A stretch of 64,000 nt of DNA from Rhodobiaceae bacterium UBA7804. Its GTDB lineage: Bacteria; Pseudomonadota; Alphaproteobacteria; Parvibaculales; Parvibaculaceae. This document shows, piece by piece, positions 10,010 through 21,284 of this stretch (position 1 is the stretch's first letter; every line of letters begins with the position of its first letter). Position numbers and translations under genes: made by a program. A model generated the notes under the pieces. That model had not been told where the DNA came from and did no database searches. It saw nothing but the letters and a program-made list of their open reading frames with translations. The stretch is from positions 88,036-152,035 of the forward strand of contig DLCG01000008.1 in NCBI GenBank assembly GCA_002480495.1, in the 5' to 3' direction.

Positions 10010-12217
10010 TCAGGCCGACTTGATGTCGAACTTGGGAGGAATGTTCTTCTTGAGAGAGGTGCCACGCCCGGAGAGGCTCGCATTATTCATGAAATAGGTA
10101 TGGGCGTTAAACGGCTCATCGCCCTCGCGCACCCCGATCCGCGTATACTTGCCGTCCGGCTGCAGTTCGTAACTCTGCTGGTTGTCCTTCAAATTGGCAA
10201 CCATGATCTGATCGAGAACCTGGTCATGGACCGTGGGGTTCAGGATCGGAACAAGAATCTCGACCCGGCGGTCCAGATTGCGGGGCATCCAGTCGGCAGA
10301 GCCGATATAGACCTTTGCCTTGTCGTTCGGCAAGCCATAGCCGTTCCCGAAGCAGACAATGCGGGAATGTTCGAGGAAGCGGCCGATAATGCTTTTCACT
10401 CTGATGTTGTCGGAAAGGCCGGGCACACCGGGACGCAGACAGCAGATGCCGCGCACGACGAGATGAATTTGCACACCGGCCTGGCTCGCCTTGTAGAGCG
10501 TATCGATGATCTGGGCGTCCACCAGAGAGTTCATCTTCGCCCAGATCGCCGCCGGCCGGCCCGACTTGGCATGCTCCATCTCGGCATGGATATCGGCGAT
10601 CAATCGCGAGCGCATGTTGATCGGCGAGATTGCGAGAAGTTCGAGATCCTTGGGCTCGGCATAGCCGGTAATGTAGTTGAAGACCTGCGCGGCATCATGC
10701 GCGAGGCGCGGATCGCAGGTGAACATCGAGCAGTCGGTGTAAATCTTCGCCGTGACAGCATGATAGTTGCCGGTGCCGAAATGCACGTATGAACGCAGGT
10801 GGCCGCCTTCGCGACGCACGACGAGCGAAATCTTCGCATGCGTCTTGAGCTCGATGAAGCCGAACACGACCTGCACGCCCGCCCGCTCAAGATTGCGTGC
10901 CCAGACGATGTTCGCCGCCTCATCGAAACGGGCCTTGAGCTCGACCAGCGCCGTCACCGACTTGCCGGCCTCCGCCGCCTCGATCAGCGCCTGAACGATG
11001 GGGCTGTCCTTCGAGGTCCGATAGAGCGTCTGCTTGATGGCGACCACATCCGGATCGGCAGCGGCCTGACGGATGAACTGCACCACGACGTCGAAGGATT
11101 CATAAGGATGATGGACGATGATGTCCTTGGAACGAATTGCTGCGAAGCAATCACCGCCATGGTCGCGGATACGCTCCGGGAAGCGCGCATTATAGGGCGG
11201 GAACTTGAGGTCCGGACGGTCGTCGACAATGAGCTGGCTCGTCTGCGCAAGGCCGAGCAGACCTTCGACGGAAACGAGTTCCCGCTCCGTCACACCGAGC
11301 TCATGCACCACGAACTGGCGGAGCGAGGGCGGTGTGCGCGCCTCGATCTTCAGACGAATGACGCTGCCGCGGCGGCGGCGCTTCAATGCGCTTTCGAAAT
11401 AGCGAACGAGGTCTTCGGCCTCTTCCTCGATTTCGATATCGCTGTCGCGCAGCAAGCGGAAGGCGCCCTGCCCGATCACCTTGTATCCGGGGAAGAGCCT
11501 GTCGAGGAACAGGCCGATCATGTTTTCGAGGCTTACGAAGCGGATACCCGTTTCACCTTCGCGCGAGGGAAGACGGATGAAGCGCTCGACCTGCGTCGGC
11601 ACGGGCAGCAACGCATCCATGAGCTTGCCGTCCGAGATACGGCGAAGCTGGAGCGCCAGCGCGAAGCCCAGATTGGGGATGAAGGGGAACGGATGCGCCG
11701 GGTCGATCGCAAGCGGCGTCAGAACCGGGAAGACCTGTTCGAGGAAGCGCGTTTCGAGCCAGGTGAATTCGTCCGGCGTCACTTCTTCGGGTTCAAGCAC
11801 GGCGATGCCATTGTCGCGCATCTCATGGCGGAGCGACACCCACTGCCGCTGCTGCTCGCGCATGAGCTCGTTCGCCATCGCGTTCACGAGGTCAAGCTGC
11901 TGAGCCGGAGTACATCCGTCCTGGCTCAGCGTCGTCACGCCCGCGCTCACCTGCCCGCGAAGGCCGGCAACACGGACCATGTAGAATTCGTCGAGATTCG
12001 ATGCGGAGATCGAAAGAAAGCGAAGACGCTCAAGCAGCGGGTGGTTCTTGTTCTGCGCCTCTTCCAGCACGCGCATGTTGAAGGCGAGCCAGGAAAGCTC
12101 CCGATTGATGAAGCGGTCCGGACTATCCGCGCTCACGGTCGCAACGCCTGGCGCGGGGGCTTGGGAAAGCTCTCCGGAGGCGTCTTCTACGGCCGGGCTC
12201 TGCGGGGCGGTCGTCAT
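10010..12217 (-). CDS. ppk1: Polyphosphate kinase 1
   Basis: 735 aa, with [19 protein letters not shown] at the N-terminus. The PLD-like segments [11 protein letters not shown] and RFLEHSRI are typical of PPK1. Confidence 0.95.
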   Translation of the reverse strand: MTTAPQSPAVEDASGELSQAPAPGVATVSADSPDRFINRELSWLAFNMRVLEEAQNKNHPLLERLRFLSISASNLDEFYMVRVAGLRGQVSAGVTTLSQDGCTPAQQLDLVNAMANELMREQQRQWVSLRHEMRDNGIAVLEPEEVTPDEFTWLETRFLEQVFPVLTPLAIDPAHPFPFIPNLGFALALQLRRISDGKLMDALLPVPTQVERFIRLPSREGETGIRFVSLENMIGLFLDRLFPGYKVIGQGAFRLLRDSDIEIEEEAEDLVRYFESALKRRRRGSVIRLKIEARTPPSLRQFVVHELGVTERELVSVEGLLGLAQTSQLIVDDRPDLKFPPYNARFPERIRDHGGDCFAAIRSKDIIVHHPYESFDVVVQFIRQAAADPDVVAIKQTLYRTSKDSPIVQALIEAAEAGKSVTALVELKARFDEAANIVWARNLERAGVQVVFGFIELKTHAKISLVVRREGGHLRSYVHFGTGNYHAVTAKIYTDCSMFTCDPRLAHDAAQVFNYITGYAEPKDLELLAISPINMRSRLIADIHAEMEHAKSGRPAAIWAKMNSLVDAQIIDTLYKASQAGVQIHLVVRGICCLRPGVPGLSDNIRVKSIIGRFLEHSRIVCFGNGYGLPNDKAKVYIGSADWMPRNLDRRVEILVPILNPTVHDQVLDQIMVANLKDNQQSYELQPDGKYTRIGVREGDEPFNAHTYFMNNASLSGRGTSLKKNIPPKFDIKSA

Positions 12218-12293
12218 GGGATCACTTCTGCAAAAACGGGAATAAGTCTCTGCTATGGCTGAATATTATGACAAACATATGACTGAGTCATGA

Positions 12294-12983
12294 CTATGGC
12301 CTTACGATTGAGTTGAATTGCTCTCGGCCGAGGATTTCCGCCGCCAAAGGTACCGTTACGGGCCGCTTGCCGGAGAGCGAGGCGCGATCGAGCTCTTCCA
12401 CGATACTCCTGGCCGCCGCGATCGAGCGCTCGATCCGGCTGGCGAGATAGGACACGACCTGCGGCGAAACGCGGATTTGCCGGTCGTCGAAAAGCTTCAC
12501 GAGAATGCCCGCCAGGAGCGCATCGTCCGGTTCTCCCAACACGGCCTGCGGAATGGCGCGCAGCCGCGAAACGAGGTCGGGCAGCTTCAATGGGAGGCGG
12601 GCGACAGGCTTCCTGGAAGTGATCAGGAGAGAAGCTCCCTCGCTCCGAACGAGATTGATCAGGTGGAACAGCGCGCGTTCTTCCGCCGCCTCCAGCGATG
12701 AGAGATCCTCAAGGATGAGGCTCCGCATCCCGACCAGGGAGGGAATATCGGACGCAGCAAGCCCCTCAGCCTGAATGGAAGATGCGCCCGATGCTGCCCG
12801 CCAAACCTCTGCCAGATGTGTCTTGCCACTCCCCTCGGGCCCGGAAAGCGCGACGATACGATCCGGCCATTCCGGCCATGAATCGATCAGCGCCACCGCC
12901 GCCTCGTTCGACGGCGCCACGAGGAAATCCTCCCGGCCCGATGCCGGACGGTGGCCAAGTTCGAGAACGAGCTGGCGATTCAT
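12294..12983 (-). CDS. hdaA: DnaA regulatory inactivator HdaA (DnaA/Hda family AAA+ protein)
   Basis: 229 aa with Walker A GPEGSGKTHL. Its position between ppk1 and the AI-2E transporter gene is conserved in Rhizobiales. Confidence 0.8.
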   Translation of the reverse strand: MNRQLVLELGHRPASGREDFLVAPSNEAAVALIDSWPEWPDRIVALSGPEGSGKTHLAEVWRAASGASSIQAEGLAASDIPSLVGMRSLILEDLSSLEAAEERALFHLINLVRSEGASLLITSRKPVARLPLKLPDLVSRLRAIPQAVLGEPDDALLAGILVKLFDDRQIRVSPQVVSYLASRIERSIAAARSIVEELDRASLSGKRPVTVPLAAEILGREQFNSIVRP

Positions 12984-12985
12984 TT

Positions 12986-14083
12986 TTAGCTGTCGTTATC
13001 GCGCGACGGGATGGAACTGCCCGGCGACGATCCCAGGTAGAGCTGGCTGCGCCGGTACTGCGCGACACCGAACCGCGCAAGCACTCCCAATGCGGCAGCG
13101 ATCGGCAGAGCGAGCAAGGCCCCGACAAAACCGAAGAGCGCCGCAAAGGCAAAAATCGCGAACATGACCCAAACAGGATGAAGCCCGACGCGATCTCCGA
13201 CCAGTTTCGGCGACAGGAAGTTTCCCTCGATGAACTGGCCGACCGCAAAGACGCCGACGACGAGACCGATCTGCACATAGTCGGGCCAGAACTGGAAAAG
13301 CGCGAGCGCCACGCCCACGACAAATCCCAGGATGGTGCCGAGATAGGGAATGAAGCTGATAATGCCGGCAAGAATTCCGACGATGAGTCCGAATTTCAAT
13401 CCGACCAGGCTGAGGCCCACTGCGTAGATCACACCGAGCACGAGGCAAACGATGACCTGACCGCGGACGAATCCTTCCAGAACTGCGTTTATGTCGCGCG
13501 CCAATTGCCGGATGGTCTGCTTGTGATCAAGCGGCAGCAAGGCATCGACGCGCTCCACCATGCGATCCCAATCGAGCAGCATGTAGAAAGCGACCACGGG
13601 CGTCACGACGATCAGGGACACCAGAGCAACAAGCTGAAGCCCCTGCGAGCCGAGCGAGGTAACAAGGTTTACCAGCCAGTCGAACGAACCACCGAGACTT
13701 TTCGAAATGGCGTCCTTCACGTCGGGGCCGTGCACGCCAAGGAGGCGGCCGAGACGGCCGTCTCCGACCTGCAGGAGAAATTCCTGTCCGCGCTGAAGCA
13801 CAGTCGGCGCAATTTCGACGAGCGCCACAAGCTGATTGTAGAGCACGGGCACAAGCACGATACCGAGCACGATGGCAACCAGTATGAAGGACACAGTTAT
13901 GACGCCCGTCGCGGCGCCACGCGACAGACCATAGCTTTCCAGCTTGTCCGCAAGCGGGTCCAGGAAGTAGGCAATCGCCATGCCTGCAACAAAAGGCAGA
14001 AGAATGCCCTTCAGCAGCCAAAGCATCGCAATGAAGACTGCAATGACGGCCGCCCAGATGGCTATCTGCCTCTGAATGCTCAT
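12986..14083 (-). CDS. AI-2E family (PerM-like) transporter
   Basis: 365-aa polytopic membrane protein. The pattern FIPYLGTILG and the C-terminal LALPIAAALGVL are typical of the family. Confidence 0.8.
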   Translation of the reverse strand: MSIQRQIAIWAAVIAVFIAMLWLLKGILLPFVAGMAIAYFLDPLADKLESYGLSRGAATGVITVSFILVAIVLGIVLVPVLYNQLVALVEIAPTVLQRGQEFLLQVGDGRLGRLLGVHGPDVKDAISKSLGGSFDWLVNLVTSLGSQGLQLVALVSLIVVTPVVAFYMLLDWDRMVERVDALLPLDHKQTIRQLARDINAVLEGFVRGQVIVCLVLGVIYAVGLSLVGLKFGLIVGILAGIISFIPYLGTILGFVVGVALALFQFWPDYVQIGLVVGVFAVGQFIEGNFLSPKLVGDRVGLHPVWVMFAIFAFAALFGFVGALLALPIAAALGVLARFGVAQYRRSQLYLGSSPGSSIPSRDNDS

Positions 14084-14113
14084 GCGATTATGGCTCCTTC
14101 GAACGCGAGGTTC

Positions 14114-15292
14114 CTATTGGCGAACGCTGAGATGCCAACGCGGCGCCGATTTCACCGGCGCCATGCCGGGCACGCCACCCATCGGTGCGACATCGTCCGG
14201 CTGCATGCCCATATCGTCAGTGGTTTCGGGCGCTACGTCGTCGAGCGTGACGTTCTGCTGAGCGAGCGAAAGGGCGAGCATTTCGACGGAACCCTTGTGC
14301 GAGATACGGATTTCGGCGCCGTGCGAAGCAATGCCGGCCACCTCCATTCCTTGCACCAGCGGCGTCGAGGTGAGGCCCTTGCGGATCGTCTCCCACTCGG
14401 AAAGGGTTGCGAAATCGGCCTGTACTGTCAGCGTCGAAAGCGTGCCGTCACGAACGATGATCTGACGTTTCCATTGAACGGCGATGGCGCTCATCGTGCC
14501 TGCCGCCGCCGATTGCATCAGCTTGGCGAGGTCGCGGCCTTCCGCCTGGTAGGAAGCGCTGATGGGCTCCGCCGGAACGAGGCCGCCATGACGCGTGACG
14601 TTGACCTGAACAGAGGCTTCATCACCGCTCAGCGTGGCTTCCGCGACGAGCACTTCGGACGCGCCATAATTTGCCGCAAGACCGTCAAGTGCCGCCTCCG
14701 CCTCTTTGCTGTTCGAGACCGCGGTTTCTGCAGGTACGGCACTCATCTCCATGATTTCGCCGATGGGGAGGATCAATGGCGCAAGCTCGTCTGCGGGACG
14801 AAGCGAGGCCCAGGCGTCACGCCAGGGATTGTTCTCCTCCCAAAGCGTGAGTTCTCCTCCCCTCCGCAGCACCGGCAAAAGAAGGGTTGGCCTTGCCTGA
14901 GTTTCCGCAAAGGGAATTCCGGCCCCGCGCAGGAGGCGGCGTACCGCTTCCGGCTGGAAGCTCACGATCATCTCCGCGATGTAACGGGTAGAGCTCGTCT
15001 TCTCGCCGGCAACCTGAAAGCCCCGAACGGCGTTCTGGGCCGTAGCATCATCCACCTCGGGTAATGATTGCCAATCCTCGGGCAGGGTGAGCTTCTTCAT
15101 CATGGCGACCAACGCCAGACGCTGGCCTTCGGCTTGAGCGGCGCTTCGGGCGGCTGTCGCGCTCTCCGCAGTCTTGTCCACGTGGATGCCACGCACCTTG
15201 AAAATGTCCGAGGCAGCGGCAGGCGAAACCAGAATGGCGGAGAAGACAAGGGCGCAAAATGGCGCCAGCAGAAGCCTGAAGGCAGAAATCAT
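14114..15292 (-). CDS. Secreted DUF2066-like protein
   Basis: Signal peptide MISAFRLLLAPFCALVFSAILVSPAAA. The gene is divergent from purM in the position where Rhizobiales carry a DUF2066 gene. The family assignment is from memory and synteny only. Confidence 0.55.
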   Translation of the reverse strand: MISAFRLLLAPFCALVFSAILVSPAAASDIFKVRGIHVDKTAESATAARSAAQAEGQRLALVAMMKKLTLPEDWQSLPEVDDATAQNAVRGFQVAGEKTSSTRYIAEMIVSFQPEAVRRLLRGAGIPFAETQARPTLLLPVLRRGGELTLWEENNPWRDAWASLRPADELAPLILPIGEIMEMSAVPAETAVSNSKEAEAALDGLAANYGASEVLVAEATLSGDEASVQVNVTRHGGLVPAEPISASYQAEGRDLAKLMQSAAAGTMSAIAVQWKRQIIVRDGTLSTLTVQADFATLSEWETIRKGLTSTPLVQGMEVAGIASHGAEIRISHKGSVEMLALSLAQQNVTLDDVAPETTDDMGMQPDDVAPMGGVPGMAPVKSAPRWHLSVRQ

Positions 15293-15474
15293 GGATAGTC
15301 CCTTGATCCGTCACGACATTCGGCGATTCCCGGGGCCGCCGTGCCGCACACTATAGCACCGGGAAAGGGGCGCGAAGGCCAAGCCTCAAGGTTTTTCGCC
15401 TTTCTCTTGCGTCGGGGAACGATTTCGGGTGATTTGTGCGCTCCACAGCCCATTCGAGTCCCGCAGAGAGCGAC

Positions 15475-16566
15475 ATGGCCCCCAATCCCCCCAAGGACCG
15501 TCCGAACCGCTACACCTATGCAGGGGCCGGCGTCGACATAGACGCCGGAAACGAACTGGTACGCGCCATCGGCCCGCTGGCCGCATCCACGAAACGGACC
15601 GGCTCCGACGCGGCACTGGGCGGCTTCGGCGGGCTGTTCGACCTCGCGGCCTGCGGCTTCAAGGATCCGGTGCTGGTGGCGGCCAATGACGGCGTCGGCA
15701 CCAAACTCAAGGTTGCCATCGAGGCGGATATTCACGACACGGTCGGCATCGACCTCGTCGCCATGTCGGTGAACGACCTTGTGGTGCAGGGCGCGGAGCC
15801 GCTTTTCTTCCTCGACTACTACGCGACGGGCAAGCTCCATGTGGATGTGGCGCGGGACGTGGTGGCTGGCATTGCCGAAGGCTGCCGTCAGGCAGGCTGC
15901 GCGCTGATCGGCGGGGAGACGGCGGAGATGCCCGGCATGTATGCCAAGGGCGACTACGATCTGGCAGGCTTCGCGGTGGGCGCGGTCGAACGCGACAAGA
16001 TCCTGCCCCGGGGCGACGTGGCGCCGGGCGACATCCTGCTCGGCCTCGAGTCCTCCGGTTTCCATTCGAACGGCTACTCGCTCGTTCGCCGGATCGTCGA
16101 GGACAACCGCCTCTCCTACTCCGCTCCCTTCCCGCATGGCGACGGGGTGAGCATCGGCGAAGCGTTGCTCGCGCCGACGCGCATCTATGTGAAGGCAATG
16201 CTGAAGGCGATCCGCGAGACGGAAGCCGTGAAAGCCATGGCCCATATAACGGGCGGCGGCTTCGTCGAGAACATTCCACGCGTGCTGCCGGATGGGGTCG
16301 CGGTCGAGATCGACGGCGCGTCATGGGCGATGCCGCCCGTCTTCCGCTGGCTGATGGAACTTGGCGGCCTGGACGATGCGGAAATGGGCCGCACGTTCAA
16401 CTGCGGCATCGGCATGGTGGTCGTCGTGCGCGAGGACCAGTCGCTAGAAGTCGCAGACGCTCTCGCCGAGGCGGGCGAGACGGTCCACTATATCGGACGC
16501 CTCACGGAAGCGGTCGCGGGCGGGCCACGCGTCAGCGTGAAAGGCGCATTGGGCAGCAAGGCGTGA
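15475..16566 (+). CDS. purM: Phosphoribosylformylglycinamidine cyclo-ligase (AIR synthetase)
   Basis: [14 protein letters not shown] is at the N-terminus, with DGVGTKLK and GGETAEMPG further in. The start was set at the ATG giving MAPNPPKD. Confidence 0.95.
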   Translation: MAPNPPKDRPNRYTYAGAGVDIDAGNELVRAIGPLAASTKRTGSDAALGGFGGLFDLAACGFKDPVLVAANDGVGTKLKVAIEADIHDTVGIDLVAMSVNDLVVQGAEPLFFLDYYATGKLHVDVARDVVAGIAEGCRQAGCALIGGETAEMPGMYAKGDYDLAGFAVGAVERDKILPRGDVAPGDILLGLESSGFHSNGYSLVRRIVEDNRLSYSAPFPHGDGVSIGEALLAPTRIYVKAMLKAIRETEAVKAMAHITGGGFVENIPRVLPDGVAVEIDGASWAMPPVFRWLMELGGLDDAEMGRTFNCGIGMVVVVREDQSLEVADALAEAGETVHYIGRLTEAVAGGPRVSVKGALGSKA

Positions 16567-17213
16567 AGATCGGCGTTCTCATTTCGGGCCGGGGCTCGAA
16601 CCTCAAGGCGCTGATCGAGGCCTGCGCCGAGCCGGACTTTCGCGGGAAAATCGCGCTCGTCATTTCCAACCGGCCGGGCGCGGCCGGGCTTGCCATCGCA
16701 GAAGCGGCGGGCATCCCGACGCTGGTGATCGACCACAAGGAATTCTCGACACGCGAGACATTCGACGCGGAACTCGACCATGCGCTGACCAAAGCCGGGG
16801 TCGATCTTGTCTGCAATGCGGGCTTCATGCGTATTCTCACGGACGGTTTCGTTGAGAAGTGGCGCGACCGGCAGCTCAACATCCACCCTTCCCTGCTGCC
16901 CGCCTTCAAGGGCCTGCATGTGCATCAGCGGGCGCTCGACGCGGGCGTGAAGATCACCGGCTGCACGGTGCATTTCGTGCGGCCGGAAATGGACGAGGGG
17001 CCGATCGTGGCGCAGGCGGCAGTGCCCGTGCTGCCCGGCGACACGGCCGAGACGCTCGCCGCGCGCATCCTGGAGGCCGAACACAAGCTCTATCCGCTGG
17101 CGCTCAGGCTCGTCGTGAACGGCCAGGCGCGCGTCGTGGGCGAACATGTGGTGCTGAGCGATGCCGATGGCACGGAAGTGCCGGCGCCGTTGTTTGTGCC
17201 GGGGATTGCATGA
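16563..17213 (+). CDS. purN: Phosphoribosylglycinamide formyltransferase
   Basis: [18 protein letters not shown] is followed by [12 protein letters not shown] and TGCTVHFV. The GTG start overlaps the purM stop (GTGA). The upstream part of the 296-aa track ORF is a spurious extension. Confidence 0.9.
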   Translation: MKIGVLISGRGSNLKALIEACAEPDFRGKIALVISNRPGAAGLAIAEAAGIPTLVIDHKEFSTRETFDAELDHALTKAGVDLVCNAGFMRILTDGFVEKWRDRQLNIHPSLLPAFKGLHVHQRALDAGVKITGCTVHFVRPEMDEGPIVAQAAVPVLPGDTAETLAARILEAEHKLYPLALRLVVNGQARVVGEHVVLSDADGTEVPAPLFVPGIA

Positions 17214-17746
17214 CAAATCGGGCACGCAACATTGCCGTTATGGGAAGCGTTGTCGTTGCCGCCGTTCTTGCTGTGCTTTGGGCCGTCAACCGGCCTGTCG
17301 ATCCGCCGCTCGCGGACGGCACCACGGCCGATTTCATTCTCGTCGAAAAAAGCGCGCACCGGATGACGCTCTATGCCGGTGGTCAGGAGTTTCGCAGCTA
17401 TCGCGTTTCGCTTGGCCGCGGTGGGATTGCGCCCAAACAGCGGGAGGGCGACCGGCTGGTACCAGAAGGGCGATACCATATCGATGCGCGTAACCCGGCC
17501 AGCGCCTATCACCTGTCGCTGAAGATCAGCTATCCCGATGCTGCCGATCAGGCGGCTGCCGCAACGCGCGGCGAAAGCGCGGGCAGCAACATCATGATCC
17601 ACGGCATAAGAAACGGCCTTGGATGGCTTGGGCGCGCCCATCTGCTTGTCGATTGGACCGCGGGATGCGTCGCGGTGACGAATAGCGAAATGGAAGAAAT
17701 CTGGCGCGTCGTGCCGGATGGCGCAGAGATTGAGATACGCCCATAA
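17210..17746 (+). CDS. L,D-transpeptidase (YkuD) family protein, membrane anchored
   Basis: N-terminal TM segment IAVMGSVVVAAVLAVLW. The catalytic region IMIHG...TAGCVAVTN carries the YkuD His and Cys. The ATG overlaps the purN stop (ATGA). Confidence 0.8.
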   Translation: MTNRARNIAVMGSVVVAAVLAVLWAVNRPVDPPLADGTTADFILVEKSAHRMTLYAGGQEFRSYRVSLGRGGIAPKQREGDRLVPEGRYHIDARNPASAYHLSLKISYPDAADQAAAATRGESAGSNIMIHGIRNGLGWLGRAHLLVDWTAGCVAVTNSEMEEIWRVVPDGAEIEIRP

Positions 17747-17748
17747 CA

Positions 17749-17776
17749 AAAGCCCCGCCGTTTCCAGCGGGGCTTT
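17749..17776. terminator. Bidirectional rho-independent terminator between the ldt-like gene and ndk
   Basis: A 10-bp stem aaagccccgc/gcggggcttt has an 8-nt loop, with an A-run on one side and a T-run on the other. It sits between convergent stops at 17746 and 17799. Confidence 0.65.
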
Positions 17777-17798
17777 CGCAATTCAGCGGCCAGTGAAA

Positions 17799-18221
17799 TC
17801 AGCCGACGATCTCTTCGTCCTTGAAGAAATACTTGATCTCTTCGGCGGCCGTTTCCGCGGCGTCGGAGCCGTGGACCGAGTTCGCCTCGATCGACTCGGC
17901 GAAGTCCTTGCGGATCGTGCCCGCATCGGCATTGGCCGGGTTCGTCGCGCCCATGACTTCGCGGTATTTCGCGATGGCGTTTTCGCCTTCGAGGACCTGG
18001 ACCACGACCGGACCCGAAATCATGAAGGAGACGAGATCGTTGAAGAAGGGGCGCTCCTTGTGGACCGCATAGAAGCCTTCGGCCTGCGCCTTCGACATGT
18101 GGATGCGTTTCGAGGCGATGACCCGGAGGCCCGCGCTTTCAATGCGGTCGATGATCTTGCCGGTGATGTTCCGCCGGGTCGCGTCCGGCTTGATGATCGA
18201 GAAGGTCCGTTCGAGGGCCAT
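17799..18221 (-). CDS. ndk: Nucleoside-diphosphate kinase
   Basis: [18 protein letters not shown]...NSVHGSDA. Taking the internal ATG gives the canonical 140-aa size. Confidence 0.95.
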   Translation of the reverse strand: MALERTFSIIKPDATRRNITGKIIDRIESAGLRVIASKRIHMSKAQAEGFYAVHKERPFFNDLVSFMISGPVVVQVLEGENAIAKYREVMGATNPANADAGTIRKDFAESIEANSVHGSDAAETAAEEIKYFFKDEEIVG

Positions 18222-18318
18222 GCTCAGCTTTCCCAAATTGTGCAGGTGGAAGATTTGGCGCGGGTTATAGCGGGGCTTGGTGACGCGGGCAACCGCGAGT
18301 GCTAAAAGCCCGCTCACC

Positions 18319-20229
18319 ATGCTTCATATCAACGATCTCACCTTCCGGATGGAGGGGCGTCTCCTCCTCGACCGGGTCACGGCGGCCATTCCGCCGGGAC
18401 AGCGGACGGGCTTTGTTGGCCGCAACGGCACCGGCAAATCCACCCTGCTGAAGCTCATAACCGGGGAATACGGCCCGGAAAGCGGCGGCATTTCCTATCC
18501 GAAGAGCTGGCGCGTGGGCATGGTCCGGCAGGAGGTGCTTGCCGGGCCGACCTCGCTGATCGACACGGTGCTGGCCGCCGACAAGGAGCGGGCCTCGCTG
18601 CTGGAGGAGGCCGAGACGGCGACGGACCCTAACCGGATTGCCGAGATTCACACGCGGCTGGCCGATATGGGAGCCCATGCGGCCCCTGCCCGCGCGGCGA
18701 CCATTCTCTCCGGTCTCGGCTTCGACGAGGCGGCGCAGGCACGGCCCTGCTCGGACTTTTCGGGCGGCTGGCGGATGCGCGTGGCTCTGGCCGGTGTGCT
18801 CTTTTCCGAACCCGACCTTCTGCTGCTCGACGAACCTACCAACTATCTCGACCTCGAAGGCACGATCTGGCTCGAGGACTATCTGCGAAACTATCCCTAC
18901 ACGGTTCTCATCGTCAGCCATGACCGCGACCTGTTGAACAATGTCGCGCAGAACATTCTGCATCTCGAGAACCAGAAGCTCACTTTTTATACGGGCAATT
19001 ACGACCGCTTCGACCGGACGCGACGCGAGAAGCTGATGCTTCAGCTCTCGATGAAGAAGAAGCAGGACGATGCGCGCCGCCACATGGAAAGCTTCATCGA
19101 GCGCTTCAAGGCGAAGGCGTCGAAGGCACGGCAGGCGCAGAGCCGCATGAAGGCGCTTGCCAAGATGCAGCCCATCGCCGACGTACTGGAAGAGCGCGTG
19201 CTGCCGTTCCACTTTCCGGCGCCGGAAAAGCCCCTCGCCTCGCCGATCATCCGGCTCGAACATGCAAGCGTCGGCTATGAGCCTGAGAAGCCTGTCCTGT
19301 CAAATCTCGATCTCCGCATCGACCAGGACGATCGGATCGCTCTGCTCGGAGCAAACGGCAACGGCAAATCCACTTTCGCCAAGCTGCTCTGCGACCGGCT
19401 GCGCGTGACGGCAGGGCATAAATATGCGTCGAAAAAGCTGCGCATCGCCTATTTCGCGCAACACCAGCTCGACGAGCTCAATATGGGCGAGACACCTTAT
19501 GAGCATTTCCGGGAGCTGATGCCCGACGCGACGATCGCACAGGTGCGCGCGCGTGCCGGCTCATACGGATTCGGCGCGGACAAGGCGGATACGAAGGTCG
19601 AGAAGTTATCTGGCGGTGAGAAGGCGCGTCTGCTGTTCGCCATCGCGACCTTTCACAAACCGCACATGATCATCCTCGACGAACCGACGAACCACCTGGA
19701 TGTCGACAGCCGCGAGGCGCTCGTCATGGCGATCAACGAATATGACGGGGCCTTCATTCTGATTAGCCACGACCGCCACCTCGTCGAGACCTGTGCCGAC
19801 AGGTTGTGGCTCGTGGCGGACGGCACCGTTGCGCCCTATGAGGGCGACCTCAATGACTACCGGAAATGGCTGCTCGATCCGGCGAGGCGCGTAAAGCCTC
19901 TCGTCGCGGAAGATGGCGAGGAGATCGTTGTCGAAGCACCGCGTGTGCAGGTGGACAAACGCGAAGCGCGCCGCCTTGCCGCGCAGAAGCGCGAGCAGAT
20001 TGCGCCGCTGAAAAAGAAGGCGCAGGAGGCGGAGCGGGAAATCGCCCGCCTGCAGAAACTCGTCGAGGAGCTCGATGCGAAACTCGCACGGCCCGAGATC
20101 GCAAGCGACCCCGCAGCCATGACGGCGACCGCAAAAGAGCGGGCAGATACTCTGAAACTCGTCGCTGCAGCGGAAGAACGCTGGCTTGAGGCAAGCGCCG
20201 CCTATGAAGACGCGATGACGGCAGATTGA
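18319..20229 (+). CDS. ABC-F family ATPase (two ABC domains, no transmembrane domain)
   Basis: Two Walker A sites ([18 protein letters not shown]) and two signature motifs ([16 protein letters not shown]) are present, plus a charged coiled-coil C-terminal tail. The start was set at MLHINDLTF. Confidence 0.9.
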   Translation: MLHINDLTFRMEGRLLLDRVTAAIPPGQRTGFVGRNGTGKSTLLKLITGEYGPESGGISYPKSWRVGMVRQEVLAGPTSLIDTVLAADKERASLLEEAETATDPNRIAEIHTRLADMGAHAAPARAATILSGLGFDEAAQARPCSDFSGGWRMRVALAGVLFSEPDLLLLDEPTNYLDLEGTIWLEDYLRNYPYTVLIVSHDRDLLNNVAQNILHLENQKLTFYTGNYDRFDRTRREKLMLQLSMKKKQDDARRHMESFIERFKAKASKARQAQSRMKALAKMQPIADVLEERVLPFHFPAPEKPLASPIIRLEHASVGYEPEKPVLSNLDLRIDQDDRIALLGANGNGKSTFAKLLCDRLRVTAGHKYASKKLRIAYFAQHQLDELNMGETPYEHFRELMPDATIAQVRARAGSYGFGADKADTKVEKLSGGEKARLLFAIATFHKPHMIILDEPTNHLDVDSREALVMAINEYDGAFILISHDRHLVETCADRLWLVADGTVAPYEGDLNDYRKWLLDPARRVKPLVAEDGEEIVVEAPRVQVDKREARRLAAQKREQIAPLKKKAQEAEREIARLQKLVEELDAKLARPEIASDPAAMTATAKERADTLKLVAAAEERWLEASAAYEDAMTAD

Positions 20230-20239
20230 TCGATCGGCG

Positions 20240-21175
20240 TCAGTTTATCGCGTCTGCAACGTCGAAACCTTCCGTCAGGACACCTGCTTCGACAAGGTTT
20301 CCGACAATCTCGCCATCGTGACCCGGAATGATCGATATCTCGGGCTCCGCCTCGCTCAAATCCTTGAGCGCTTTCAGTTGCCCGAAGACTGCGCTCCGAT
20401 CTTCCTTGAGAAAAAACTGCGTAACGAGGCGCGCGCGTTCTCGCTGCACGAGAATGTTCCGGTATTTCCAGGCAACGTCGCCAATGAAGAGCACCTCCGA
20501 ACCGTCGGCCAACTGCACATAGACCATCTGGCTGCCCGGCGAATGACCGGGTGACTTGATAACGGCGACACCGGGTGCCAACACCTCGTATTGTTCATAG
20601 ACCAGCGGTTCGTAACCATCGAGCGCACCTTCTGGAAAGCGGGCTGGAACGCTGCGCTCCGGATGATCGACCTGTTCTTGAGTGAGGCGCGTGGCCGGAA
20701 GCACTGCGGGAAGGTCCGGATGAACGGTGAGGCCACCGATATGGTCCATATGTTCATGCGTTATGACGATGAGAGAGGCGGCGCCCATCGCTCTTTCCAT
20801 GCGCGCGAAAGCGTCCGCATCGAAGGAAACAAGGTTGTCGCCTCCCAGCTTGTCGTCGAGCGCCGTGTCAATGATAACGCTGCGGTCGGGATAAACGAGC
20901 CGATAGGAGAAAACCGGCATCTCGCTAGCGCGCCAGCCGTCACCGGCAACGATCGCGGTTGCAGGAAAGCTGAACGCCCCAACGCGCTCAAACTCAATCT
21001 TTTGCGGTTTGTCGCCGGGAACAGCCGCCACCATGCGGCGCACCTTGTCGATGTCGAGCTCGTAATAGGCATTCGCAGGCATGGTGCTTTCCACCACGAA
21101 CCAGTAGTACCCCGCACCCGCGACAGCGAGAAAAACCCCCAAAGCGCCCAGTGCGACGCGAAGCCTTTTAGACAT
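20240..21175 (-). CDS. MBL-fold metallo-hydrolase with N-terminal membrane anchor
   Basis: HxHxDH motif ITHEHMDHIGG and SPGHSPGS are present. The N-terminal hydrophobic helix is LGALGVFLAVAGAGYYWFVV. Confidence 0.75.
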   Translation of the reverse strand: MSKRLRVALGALGVFLAVAGAGYYWFVVESTMPANAYYELDIDKVRRMVAAVPGDKPQKIEFERVGAFSFPATAIVAGDGWRASEMPVFSYRLVYPDRSVIIDTALDDKLGGDNLVSFDADAFARMERAMGAASLIVITHEHMDHIGGLTVHPDLPAVLPATRLTQEQVDHPERSVPARFPEGALDGYEPLVYEQYEVLAPGVAVIKSPGHSPGSQMVYVQLADGSEVLFIGDVAWKYRNILVQRERARLVTQFFLKEDRSAVFGQLKALKDLSEAEPEISIIPGHDGEIVGNLVEAGVLTEGFDVADAIN

Positions 21176-21284
21176 GTTTCTCTCCCCCTGGCTCTGCCGT
21201 CATCAGCCGCGACATGATGAGACGGGCCGATTTGCAAAGCAATCTTCAGAAATGAATAGCAACGGCGCTATTTCCGGATAGAAC

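Noticed and set aside
12782-15064. A 760-aa plus-strand ORF spanning three minus-strand genes. Similar long ORFs occur at 1723-2892, 5366-7081, 7293-8336, 9218-10792, 10799-12262, 15289-16245 and 18265-19263. More occur at 41298-42509, 42334-43278, 44082-45236, 45494-46546, 49251-50585 and 50649-51914. The rest are at 52151-53113, 55731-57173, 56959-59262, 58061-59308, 59349-60368, 60575-61306, 61369-62139 and 62188-63078.
   Set aside because: They lie antisense to, or out of frame with, genes that have clear family motifs. Their translations are Arg/Ala/Gly/His/Asp-rich low-complexity strings without recognisable domains. This is the usual stop-codon-poor shadow-ORF artefact of high-GC DNA.
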